Position numbers and translations under genes: made by a program. 64,000 nt of DNA, from positions 25,606,001 to 25,670,000 of the forward strand of contig OZ336890.1 in the NCBI GenBank assembly GCA_965287045.1, read 5' to 3'. Under the pieces are notes generated by a model, which saw only the letters and a list, made by a program, of their open reading frames with translations, was not told the origin of the DNA and made no database searches. Of this stretch, positions 38,352 through 50,440 are shown in pieces; the first letter of the stretch is position 1, and each line of letters opens with the position of its first letter. This DNA comes from Carcharhinus amblyrhynchos. Its lineage: Eukaryota.

Positions 38352-38440
38352 CATGATGTGGAGATGCCGGCGTTGGACTGGGGTAAACACAGTAAGAAGT
38401 CTGACAACACCAGGCTTAAGTCCAACCAATTTATTTGATA
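38352..38440 (-). mobile_element. Short young Penelope-type terminal fragment
   Basis: CATGATGTGGAGATGCCGGCGTTGGACTGGGGTAAACACAGTAAGAAGTCTGACAACACCAGG, recalled as an abundant shark Penelope-associated repeat end; CpGs retained. Confidence 0.55.
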
Positions 38441-39804
38441 TCTATCAAATAACTTCTTACCTAGTTCAAGTGTGACAGAGGAGGAGAGGAATGGTGATAT
38501 TGGTCTATGGTGATGGGGTAAGTTGGTGGGTCACAGAGGGGAGGGTAGAAGATGGTGGGGCATGTCTGAAAAGTTATCTATCCCATTTTATCAAGCTACT
38601 CTTGACAACACAGTTTCATAACATTGAGGCCCCAGCAAGGTATAGAGCTGTCATTCATTCTGTGCCATTTGCCAGTGGCTGTTGCCAGAAGCTGGGATGA
38701 AGGGAGGGATGGGAGGGAGGTGGAATCTTCCAAGGAACACAGCTGGTTGAGGGCAGCCAATGCTGCCTGACCTCCATCCTTCCAGGTGAATGATCATGGC
38801 TGACAAAGGATCACGTGATTTATCTTCTGTGCTGCCAAGGCAATGGTGCCTCTGTAGAGTTTTGAGGATGGTGGAGACAAACTATATGGCTCTCGTGAGA
38901 CTTCTTGCACATGGCTCTCATTACCCTGCTCAAAAAGCAATGTCTCCAAATGCATTCATGTATGAATGGGAGAAATACCAATCTGGTCTTCCAAAATGTC
39001 CTTTTACCTGGAAGGAGTGAGGTGGGGAAGCCATGTCCAGATGGAGGTCAGGCGAGGGGCTTAGCGTTTGCTTTCTGGTTTTGAGATGGAGGGAAATCTG
39101 TGAAGGAAATGCTCGTTTAATGTATCACTTCAACTCATTCACATTTTGACAGAGGCGTCGATAATGCATGCTACAGGCAGCCCTGCCTTGGTAATGGCTT
39201 TCATCCAGATGAGGAGAAGGATGGCCCATTGCAGGTTGGCACAAGGCTATGAGGAGCAAGAGACAGCTCTGTAAGGTCAAGACGCTGGTGAACACGGACC
39301 ATCACTATTCACCATTGCCGATGGTGCTCTTATCTAAAAATGTGCAAATATCAGAGGTGTCCCCGTACGTCCTGGCGACACCTGATTTCTCACATTTGTG
39401 GACATCTCCAGTATGAGATGTAACCACAAGAGACACTGAAGGAATAGTGTAGAGTTTCTGGCCTTTAATGAGTGAATATCTGCATGGCAGTACCTTCAAC
39501 CCCATAAGGTAAAGGCAAGGTGGGTGACATTCTCTTCACTAATGCATAATCAATGAGCTGAAACATGGAAGATTGAACATGTTATCTACCCCTTTCCCAG
39601 TAGGAATCAACCCAATTTCCCTGCCTGCCACTGCACTTAGTCTTCACAATGAAAGATCCTGCCCATGGAATATACTGGTCAAAATAACCAGTTTGTGTAA
39701 CAAGTCAAAGCATAAGGTTACATCTGAATTACATACTTGGCCATTCCAAATGGGCATAAACCTATTCAAGAATTTTTGACTTGTTTATCATAGGTGATCT
39801 TTTG

Positions 39805-40128
39805 ACGCAACAATATCTTGAATTTATATAGTGTTTTTAAAATAGTAAATCATCCCAAGCTCTTCACCTGAGCATTGTCAAGTTAGCACAGGTGACTGAA
39901 GGCTTGTTTAGAAAGGTAATTTGTAAGGAATAGGGAGAGGTGTTGTTGTTTAGGGAGAGAATTCCAGAATCTGCAACAACTTGGCAGTTTATGACCACCA
40001 ATAGTGGAACAATGAAAATCAGGATTCACAACAGACCTTTGGAGGAGTGCTGAGATCTCGGAGGGTCGTAAGGCTGGAGAAAGTTAGAGATAGAAAGGAG
40101 TGAGACAGTTGAGGGATTTGACAATAAG
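39805..40128 (-). mobile_element. L2 LINE 3' end
   Basis: Minus-strand SNFLQPYDPPRSQHSS remnant; homologous to 6905-7345. Confidence 0.75.
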
Positions 40129-40129
40129 G

Positions 40130-40235
40130 ATGTGGTTTGAGAAGGCAGTTCACTATCACCTTCTGATGAGCAACTAGGGATGGGCAATAAATGCTGGCCT
40201 AGACATCGACGCCCACATCCCATAAATTAATCAAA
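40130..40235 (+). mobile_element. LINE 3' tail fragment
   Basis: GAGCAACTAGGGATGGGCAATAAATGCTGGCCTAG...GACGCCCACATCCC. Confidence 0.7.
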
Positions 40236-40714
40236 ATAAATTAGGATTAAAAACATTCCGGATAACATAATCTGGACGATACAGCTTGTGACGTTTTGCA
40301 TTTGTTCATTGTATTAGAGAGGATTAACTTGAGTGCTGATAAGTGTGGAGGCTTTTTTTCTCTTAATTTTTCTCTTTAATTGAATGGTAGGCCCACAGTT
40401 GGCCAATTAGGTTGCTGCCTATGATAAAATTGCCGTGTGGGTCTTGCAGTAGGCAAGTGTGTCCTCAAGGTCCACTTTACACCCAACATCAGGGTTCCCA
40501 CTTACTGGATAAAATTCAGCCCACTGTTTCAAACATTCCCCCCTTCAGCTTCCCACGGATAGCTTCATTGAAACATAAAGACCACCAGAGTGATTTGGGG
40601 AAGATAAAGATTAATCCAGTACAAATTACGTTCTACAGGATGACTTTGTTAATAATAACAGCACCAGGTTAAAGATAAGTGAAATATTGTGGTTTTTGGA
40701 TACCACGTTTATTG

Positions 40715-41105
40715 AAGCATAAAAGATAGGAGCAGCAGGAGGCCATTTGGCCCTTTTGAGCCTGCTTCGCCATTCATTATGATCATGGCTGATCATCCAA
40801 CTCAATAGCCTAATCCTGCTTTTTCCCCATAACCTTTGATCCCATTCATCCCAAGTGCTAGATCCAACAGCCTCTTGAATACATTCAATGTTTTGGCATC
40901 AACTACTTCCTCTGGTAATGAATTCCACAGGCTCACTACTCTTTGGATGAAGAAATGTCTCCTCACTGCCGTCTTAAATGGTCTACCCTGAATCTTCAGC
41001 CTGTGAACCCTGGTTCTGGATTCCCCAACCATCTGGAATATTCTTCCTGCATTGACCCCGTTTAGTCTGTTTGAATTTTAAGTCTTTATGAGATCTCCCC
41101 TCATT
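40715..41105 (-). mobile_element. CR1/HER1-like LINE 3' fragment
   Basis: ORF 40802..41032(-) VGESRTRVHRLKIQGRPFKTAVRRHFFIQRVVSLWNSLPEEVV. Confidence 0.92.
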
Positions 41106-42079
41106 CATCTCATTATGCCAATCTTCACTCAAAAACTAATTTGTAAATGCACATCAATTATTAAGATTATCAATGAGGAAGTGTAGAACTAATTAAGCTC
41201 GTATATTTATAGCACTCTCTAATGAAAGACACTGGCTTTAAAAGGGTTTTTTTGGGGATATAACTTGGTGGCATTTTACTACTAACATTTCTTCCACTTG
41301 ATGTTCCAGTATGGACCAGACAGTGAGGATGAATATCTTGGTGTTTTACAATATAATTTTATTTGTTGTTGATGTTTGATTTCAAGCCTGGCCCAGAAGG
41401 GATACAGGTCTCCATCCTTTGACAGGGATAACACAACTCATTATAGCATTGGACTTTCAAAGGCATCGAGGTTTTGTTCTGACAACTATTGAAGCTGGCA
41501 TTGCGAAAGGCACTGGAATAGTCTCAGATTCAGCTCCCAGCTGATTCAAGACCACAGAACAAAACCATCTCCGCAACGTGCAAAAGGAACATTTAAAAAA
41601 CAAAACTTATCAAAAAGGTTCTGCCATCCAGAAAAGATATTTGCGGACGGCATATCATTAAGGATACTGGGAAGAGATGAAATAGCTGCAAAAGTTTCAA
41701 GAAGGCATTTACAAGGATCAGTGGATTAAGTACTCCCAGCGTCTGCCTTTTCTCACATAATTGTTTAATTGACTGCTGACAGTGGTTATTGATTGATACA
41801 ATGAATTATCTCTGCTTCCGCATGAGAAAGCCTTGGATTTCAGTCCCCACCACCATTCTCTGTAGAGCTGCTTAAGTAACACAGTTTGCACTGAGTGAGC
41901 AACTAAGCTCAAGTTCCCTTCAGCATACTAGGCTCAGGAATGTTTAACAGTCTCTTACTCAATTAGTTCTTTAATAATTTTGTTGGGGAAGGTCTTGATT
42001 GAGGGAAATTCTGCACAAGACAGTGCCCAACAAGAATAGTCAAATTAATCACATGTACCTTCTTAAAAACAAATACAAA

Positions 42080-43790
42080 TATACGGACATATGACCAAGG
42101 AGTTGGAATAGGCCATTCAGCCCCTCGTGTCTGCTCTGCCAGTCAACAAGATCATGGCTGATCTGGTAGTCACCTCAAATCTGCATCCCACCTACCCACC
42201 GATAACTTATCACCCTCTTGTTTACCAAGAATATATCCAACCCTGCCTTCAAAATATTCAAACATTCTGCTTCTACTACCTTTTTAGCGAGAGAATTGCA
42301 AAGACAACAAGACCCTCCTAGGGAAATAATTTTGCTTCATCTCTGTTTTAAATGGGTGACCCCATTCTTCCACAAGGGAAAATATCCTCTCCCCATCCAC
42401 CCCGTCAAGCTTCTGCAGGATCATGTATGGTTCAATCAACTCCCCTCTTACTCCTCTAAACTCTAGCAGGTGCAAGCCTAGCCTGTCCGTTCTTTCCTTA
42501 TAGAACAACCCATCCATTCCAGCTACTATCCTGATAAACCTTCGCTGAACTGTCTCCAATGAATGTATATCTTTCCTTAAATAAGGTAACCAATACTGAA
42601 CACAGTATTCCAGATGTGGTCGCACTATTGCCTGGACAACTGAATTTTTGTATTAAGTTCCCTTCACAATAAATCATATTGTTATAATAGTGTTCCCAAT
42701 TACTTGCTGTATTTGCAGACCAGCCTTTTGTGATTCATGCATGAGGACATCCAGACCCCTTTGCATCTCCGCTTTCTCTCGTCATTTAGATAATATGCTT
42801 CTTTTTTATTCTTCTTATCAAAATGGACAATTTCACATTTTCCCACATTATACTCCATTTGCCAGATATTTGCCAAATCACTTAACTTATCTATGTCTTT
42901 CTGTAGCCTCCTTAAGTCCTTTTCACAACTTTACTCCTACCTATCTTTATGTCATCAGCAAACTTGGCAACAATCCTTTCAATGCCTTCCTCCAAGTCAT
43001 TTATATAAATTGTAAGCAGTTGAGGTCTGAGCCCTGATCCCTTTGGCACACCATGCATCACACCTTGTCAACCTGAAAAATAACCATTTATGCCTATTCT
43101 CTGCTTCCTTTCAACTAGTCAATCTTCTATCCATGCTAATATGTTACCACCTATACCTTGAACTTTTATTTTCAATTACCTTTGATGTGGCACGTTATCA
43201 AATGCCTTCTGAATATCCAGGTAGAATACTTGCACTGGTTCCCTCATTATCCATTGCATGGTACATCCTCAAGGAATTCCAATAAGTTCATTAGACATGA
43301 TTTCCCTTTAACAAAACCATTTTGACACTGCCTGCTTACTTTCAGCTTCTTCAAGTGCCCTGCTATAACTTCTTTAACAATAGCTTCTAACGTTTTCCCT
43401 TCAACAGATGTTAAGCTCAGTTGCCTCTAGTTTCTATCTCCCACCCTTTTTGAATAATAGAGTTACATTTTGCTATCTTCCAACCTAATGGGGCCTTCCC
43501 TGAATCTACTGAATTTCAGGAAAATTAAAATCAATGCATCAACTATCTCACTAGCCACTTCTTTAAAGATGCTAGGATGAAGTCCATCAGGTCCCGTGCT
43601 CTTGCCAGTCTGCACTTCCAACAATTTACTCAGCATCACTTCTCTAGTGATTATAATTTTCCAAATTTCCTCCCTCCCTCCCTTCCATTTCCTCGTCTAT
43701 AGTTGCTTCTGGGATGTTACTTGTATCCTCTACAGTGAAGACTGATGCAAGGTACCTGCTCAATTCATTTACCTTCTCCTTGTTTTGCAT
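42080..43790 (-). mobile_element. CR1 LINE (second subfamily), disrupted RT
   Basis: ORF 42284..42625(-) RPHLEYCVQYWLPYLRKDIHSLETVQRRF; AKFADD at ~42950-42968; many indels. Confidence 0.92.
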
Positions 43791-43987
43791 TACCCAATAG
43801 CATTGTCAAACTGAGAACTGACCTCAATGGAGAAAAAAAAGTCTTTCAATGCTACCAGTGATCAGAAACCATCGTTGCATTTCTTTCTTAATTAGTACCT
43901 GGATTGTATAAAATTTGATTTTGCCAGAATATTGATTTCGTAAACATAAATATCTTCCAACCTCTTCCACATAATTAAAGAGAGCAG

Positions 43988-45670
43988 ACAGTGCCATGAA
44001 GCCTTAACGGGAACTCCAGTGAGTTTCAATGTTACCGAGGCATGAATCACAAGTGTTACTGTTTCTAACAATTGTAGATGCAAGATATTATATGGCACTG
44101 ATACAAGTTTGCTGTCACCACTAGCTAACCTGACTGCAAAGTGTCATATGTTCTGTCTTGTAAACAATTACGATATAACAAATTAGAGTTTTACCGACCT
44201 GCACATTACTTTCGCAATGAACTTCCAGACTCCTGTTAGCAGCGACGTTGAAACAACGAGTTTTTCATCCCACCTGACTTTTTTTTTGTTTTGAAGGGTT
44301 ATACTTGCAAAGGCTGCTTTCTGCAGCAGCAGAGTGTGAACTGTCAACACTGCCAGCCGACTATTCCAGCCACGGTGTCATTATCAGTCAGGAGATGGTG
44401 TTTGTGCAGATTGTGTGCCCGCTTTATTCTCCAAAGCTGATTATTTTCATATCAAATTAATGCTGCTTCCACTGCGCTGCAACAAAACTGGCAGGTGATC
44501 TGGTTCACTAATATTTCAGGGAGAGGACTGGCAAAGCAAAATCCTTTATTGTTGAAAGGGTGATCTATAGGCACCATATCTTCAGGTCCATGGATATAAT
44601 TAGTTGGTTTAAAAAAAACTGACTATGAAAGATGTTTCCATTACCATTTAAAATGTTATAAGCAAAACCATTAGCAAATAGGATTACATGAAAAAGCTGC
44701 AATGTGAAATACTTCCAAGGCAAAAAAAGGTCTTGTTATTTAGCGCTCAAGGAGGTGTTGCCTATCACACTGAATTCTGAACTGAGAATAGGTAGCCTTA
44801 AGGCTAAATGCATATTGAGTCTCATTTACATTTGACGGGTGAGCTGCAAACTGTTGTACATCAGCAAAGTGGACATCAATATTGGGCTGCTGTCCGATAT
44901 TCCAATAAGTAATCAATTTTTTTTAACCAGACAATTACTTCTTCTCTAAACTTTGTATTCATGCACATGCAATATGCTTTTCTTAAGCCCACCAGGGAAC
45001 AATTATAATGCACTATATGATAATAACTGTTTCCTCAATTGCCTTTCCTCATGCTGGGGAAGGTTCCAGGGTTGCTGTCAACTCTCTGGTGCTTAACCCA
45101 AAAGGCTATTGATCACACATGAGTCAGGGCAGTTTCACTAGGCTATTCATTCATGAGATACATTCTAGTTGAGCCAAATCCTGTCTTCATCAAGTGCCTA
45201 CATGCGTCATTTTCAGGATAAATCTCTAGGTAGCAATTAGGAGAAAGTATCTTGTCAACCACTTTGTCTCTTCCCTGGTGTAGGAACACTGTAGGTAATG
45301 TTTAGGTCGACTAACTTAATACAGATGCAGGAATCACGTCCCCAGCTTTCCTGCGATAAATGCCAATTAAAAATTCCAATTATTAGTTTGATCAGAGCAC
45401 CTGGGGTCTTGTACGGGTTTTTTACAGATTTCTACCAGCGTTGTAAGAAATAGCTTGGAGTCTATTTGCAGGGGAGATATTTTTCAAATAAAAAAATCTT
45501 GCTGCTTCCAGGAACAATTTGCACTCCTAAGTACATACAATACCTCCACTGATTAGACATTTATGAAAACACCTACCATAATTAATCTTGTTAGAAACAG
45601 TAACACTAATGATTCATGCGTCGGTAACATTAAAATTCACTGGGGTTCCCCTCAGGCTTCATGGCACTGT
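43988..45670. repeat. Long-range inverted repeat (arms 43988-44071 and 45588-45670)
   Basis: Manual alignment gives about 75 of 84 positions identical between the reverse complement of the left arm and the right arm; the ORF track shows the same peptide (LETVTL.IHASVTLK.TGVP) on opposite strands. Confidence 0.9.
45040..45350 (-). mobile_element. Ancient degraded SINE (third family)
   Basis: Weak similarity to 35620-35930. Confidence 0.4.
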
Positions 45671-47164
45671 GTCAAAATGGCAGGGTGTCATAGACTTTCA
45701 GATTTTATGGAGAAAGCCATCAAGTCAGATACTTTGCAATGGAGAAGTCACTAGGGTGATCTATGAGTGCCATTCTTTAGGATCTGGAAGGTTAATTGGT
45801 TGATATGATCCATTTGATTAATGTTTAATTTTCTTATTCACTGTTTACGCTCGTTAAATCAATACTGTATATTTTAATAAAACATCTTGAAGATGAGAGA
45901 AAATTGGCAGCTAAAATATTATTGCCCATTTTCTGTCAGTTTAGAATTACTTTGTGTCAAAAATGTCAATAAAAAAAGTCAAGGAATGTTATCTTCAAAT
46001 TAAATTTCAGCAGGTTCCGAACACGCCAAGGAAGCCTTGAGTACATTGCTTACCTTAAATCTCTGACAAGCATAGTAATAGTGGTGATGGTATAAAATCA
46101 TGCCAGTAAAAATGTTCAGGGATTCTCTATGTTTGTCTAATATGATGGGATAATATTCATCATTAGTCCTCAAAGGTTAGATTTCCTCACAATCCCCAGC
46201 ATTTTTATGGGTTCTTTTTAGGATCTATTTGAAAGCCATTTATTATAATTCCAGTACCTTCAGTGTTGCGTTTCCCCAAGTTTCTGTGTCGCTTTCCTGT
46301 ACCCTAACCTGCACAAGCCTTCCAGACTGTAGGATATGCTGCTGCATGAGCTGGTGCTGACTGCAGGCTGTTTGAGTGCGTGTTGGGGAGAAAATAGTGT
46401 GAAATTTAGTAGGAAATGAGCTCAGCCTGTGAAAGGGAATGATGATTGAACTGTGGGCAGAAAGGGTCATCACAAACATGATAAAGATTCGCGGACTGAA
46501 GACTAGTCCTGACTATTTTGCTTTCATATTCGTTGACTGGATGAACAATTCTGAAAAGAAAGGTTTGCAAATAGCCACATGATGTATCAGCATCTTTAAT
46601 AACCAATTGACCACCGGTTCCAGTTCTATTGCTGCTTGACAGTTGTGATCAGGTTGATCTGTTCTGCTCTAAGGTATGCCTCCCAGAAAGGGAACAAGTC
46701 ATTTGAAGACTCTGCAGAATGGCAAATGGAGGGAGAATTTTTTTAAACTCAGTGCATTGGAAGCTCTCCAGAAATTTGGACCAATGCAGAGCATCACCCA
46801 GTTGACTCGCGAACCTGCTTATACTTTTTGTTTTAGTGGCCTTCCTTGATGATATGTTACATATGTCTTGTTCCACCCTCCTTGTTGAAATGTTCCACCT
46901 CAGTTATTTTCTTATTCCTAAATGTTTGCACTGATCAAGGCTGGATGAATGCTGGAAAATGGAACGCTTTCCATTTTGGAAATCAGCAAGCAGCAGGTCA
47001 GGAATAAGTAAAATTGTTTTGACAGTGCACAGACGTGATCTCAGAACAAACACCTCTCAGGGTATATATCCTACTTTCTTGTGGCCTTTCTGAGTGAGAT
47101 TTTCAATTTAGTGCCAAATTTGAGATTGTTTAGATTACACTATTTCATTACATCTAAAGCTATT

Positions 47165-47430
47165 CCAATCAGACAAAATGCATTCTACTGTTAACACTCC
47201 CTTTGTCATGTCCATGACATCTTCGTCAACCTCTCCTCAGCTCCCACCTATCCCTGATCTTCTATTCTGCTCCACCTTCTCCAATCCCCTCTCCTATTAT
47301 ATAATCTATCATATTTCTATCCCACTTCAGCTCTGAAGAAGAGTTATACGGATTGAAAACATTAACCCTTTTTCTCTCTCCACAGATGCTGCCAAGCCTG
47401 CTGAGTTTATCCAGCATTTTCTGTTTTTAG
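47165..47430 (+). mobile_element. Penelope-type pLTR (family 2) with hammerhead-like motif
   Basis: CTGAAGA (47333-47339), AGAGTTATACGGATT, GAAAACATT, followed by CCACAGATGCTGCCAAGCCTGCTGAGTTTATCCAGCATTTTCTG; paralog of 13085-13400. Confidence 0.72.
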
Positions 47431-48999
47431 ATTAAATATCAAATCTTACCCACAGCAATAAAGCTGGTTTTGAAACCAGGTTCCCAAAGTTCAAAAACCA
47501 GGATTTTTTGGCTTGCTTTTGGGAGGCCAGCCTAAAGTCACTGACTTTCAGTGAACCTAGCAGTGAGCGGGGCCAGAAAATCCTGCCCCAGTGTCTACAA
47601 CTGCATTACTCAGTATTCATCGTCCTAACTTATTCATTTTTGTCTACGTCATGGCAGATGATTTGCTGGATCAACTTTGTCATTCTTAAGTACCTTGAAA
47701 ACCTTCAGCATCCTTTCTTTCATCTTCCTTTACTTTCTTCACAAGTTAGACACCTAATACATACGAGCATATGAACATCCCTTCGATATGATTTTAAGGG
47801 CAAAGATATCCTGAGTCTGGATGGAAAGGGCTGCTTGAAATGCCTACATTCTCAGCGTATTTTCTAGGCAGTTGCTCAACCGGTCTGCATTATCATGTGA
47901 GACCTGAAAGCGAACTGCTATATTAGTTTCAGTCAGAATATTGCAGCAGACTCTGGTATTGACACAAGTGAAAAAATCCTTCCTTTTAATAATGCAGTAA
48001 TCATTATAAAGCTTGGGAATGCAGCTTAGCAACTTTTACAACATGCAATGTTTTTGGAAGACTGATTAATGAAGGAAGTGGCTCTGTACAATATGCCCTT
48101 CACTGTAACATAGTTTTCAGGTTGCTCCTAAAGGGAGTATTATGGAGAGGGGTTACACTATTGATACATGCTCTGCTGTTGCAAATCATTTGTGAAGCAA
48201 TGGAACGATTACTTTCCGCATGACCAACGGCCCAAAAGCAGCCATGTGTGCTTTTCTGCGAGAAGAACTGGCTGCGTGGTGTTATTCAGGTCACAGCAAA
48301 CCTAAACACCACAGTACTTAAGCAGTGCTGAAACGGTCTGTCAGCTAGGTTTTCAGAAATCACTGCATCTCAAAATTAGTTACTGGAAGGATTTAACAAA
48401 AGGCACAGAAAGTCACAAATATCTGCAGGTCTGGATTTCAAAGTTAACGATGTGGCAAAGATGAGTGAGTGAGCGTTCAAGTGTGAGCTTGGGCCAGCTT
48501 GTCCAGGCAATGCTGACTCTTTAAACTTGAACCTAAACGTGAACCACAAAAATGCACGCATGCCAATCACCTGCGTGACAGTCAACATTTTGTAGTTTGG
48601 TTCAAACATAAGTTTGATGATTAAATTATCAAAATAGATCACTGTAGGCCTGATACTTGCCTGTCGTGTACAAGGTCCAGAGTCCCTTCTGTTAATGGAA
48701 AGATGGCTCGTAACCGCATTGAGAGAAACAGCAAAGGGAAAATGGATTCAAATTAGAGGGAAAAGGGTTAAATTGATCTAAATCAGTGGGGGAAGGATGG
48801 GGGAAAGAAACACCAATGGAAGGAGGAATTAATTGCAGTGATGGTGAAAGGAAAAGGAAGGGACACGTGAAAAACAAAGATGAGGAAGGGCATTAAGGTC
48901 AATAAAAAGAAGAGGTTAATAATGGTGAAAGGGAAGGGAAGACAATGGCAGTGAAGAGGGACAAGAGAAAACTCATGGCAATGATGTACATTGGAATGA

Positions 49000-49530
49000 A
49001 ATAAATCTGAGCAGAAGGAGCCCATTCAGCCATTTGAACCTATTCCACAGTTGTATGAGATAATGTCTGATCATCTACCTTAACTCCATTTTCCTGCAGT
49101 ATTCCCAGATCCTTAGATTTTTGGATATCAAGTGATTCTATCTATCCCGGTCTTGATTAAATCCAACACCTGAGATTTCATGGCTCTCTAGGATAAAGGA
49201 TTCCAAAGATTTCCAAAGCTTTGAGTGAAGATATTTCATCTTGGCCAAATTCTAAATGGCTGATTCCTTATTCTAAGATTGTGACACTAAGTTGTAGGTT
49301 CCACAGGCAGGGAAGCACCCCTCCAGCTTCTGCTCTGCTGACCCTTAAGAATGCTGTATATTTCATGAGATCAACTCTAGTTTTTCTAATCTCCAGACAG
49401 CCTAGGCCTCCCCTACCCAAACTCTCCTCATTGAGCAGCCCTTTCATCCCAGGGATCAATTCAGTGAGCCTTCAACGCATCTCCTCTAAGGCAAGCAGAT
49501 TCTACCTTAGGTAAAGGGGCTGAACGTATA
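49000..49530 (-). mobile_element. Degraded CR1 3' fragment
   Basis: ORF 49268..49459(-) MIPGMKGLLNEESLGRGGLGCLEIRKTRVDLMK; tail GAGCAGAAGGAGCCCATTCAGCC. Confidence 0.8.
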
Positions 49531-49689
49531 CACGGTACAGCAGTAAAGAAGGAAAGGGAGTGGAGACTGGGATTAGTACTTTGAGAGTGCCAAGAGAAAA
49601 CATTGGTGGCAAACTGGAACCACCACTGTGGATGAAAAATCAGCGACTGTATCAACTTTAGTTAACATGGAATGAAGAGAAAGAGTAGC

Positions 49690-50440
49690 AACAATAACTA
49701 GGGGAGAGAAAGTGAGTTTCAGCTAAAGTTAAGTGCATCTCATTGAGTACTGAACTTAGGAAAAGGGTATCACAATAATGGAATTGGCATAAGGACAGCA
49801 AGAACTGAGGAAAGAGCAATACCATAATGAAAGGGATGATGAAGTAAAAGCCAGTTGGAACTGTTGGGGGTAGTTTAAGGCTGAGGGGAGGGAAAGAGTG
49901 TCACGCAAACTGGAAATTGGAGAGGTGGGGTGGGGTTGTGGTGTTGTGAAGGAATAGCACTTGAACAAGTGTGGATAGGGGCTAGCACTGAAGGAAAAAA
50001 TGCCAGCTCGAGGTAGGGAAGATCTCAGAAGACAGCAACATTTAACTGGAGTTTTGCAGGGGACAGTTGAGTTAATCCCTAAATTTTGATTTGGGGAGAA
50101 GATCATAAGCTGAAACGGGGCGGGTGAGTATGTGAGGGGTGGGTTTAAGGCTGCCGGCAAAAACTGAGGGTGAAGGAAGTAACTTCAGCTTAAAATAGGG
50201 AGGGATGATGAAGAGAACCAAGCTGAAATAAGAATTCAGATTGAGAGGGGGTTGTGGAGAAGACAGGAAAAAGTGTGAGGTGGGACAGTTGAAAGAGAAG
50301 ACAGCATCCCCGTGAAAGAATGCCGGATTGAATGGGTTACAGTCTGTGTGAACTAGCTCCAGAGGGGCAGAATGGCTTCTGCAAATTGTGGTGGGAGGTG
50401 CTGGATTGGGGGAGAATAATATTGATGCAACACTTGGCAT
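49690..50440 (-). mobile_element. Highly degraded Penelope-like ORF fragment
   Basis: Remnants PPTT...LELV...FSFN..SHF and SSLRDTL resemble Penelope RT/linker motifs. Confidence 0.45.
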
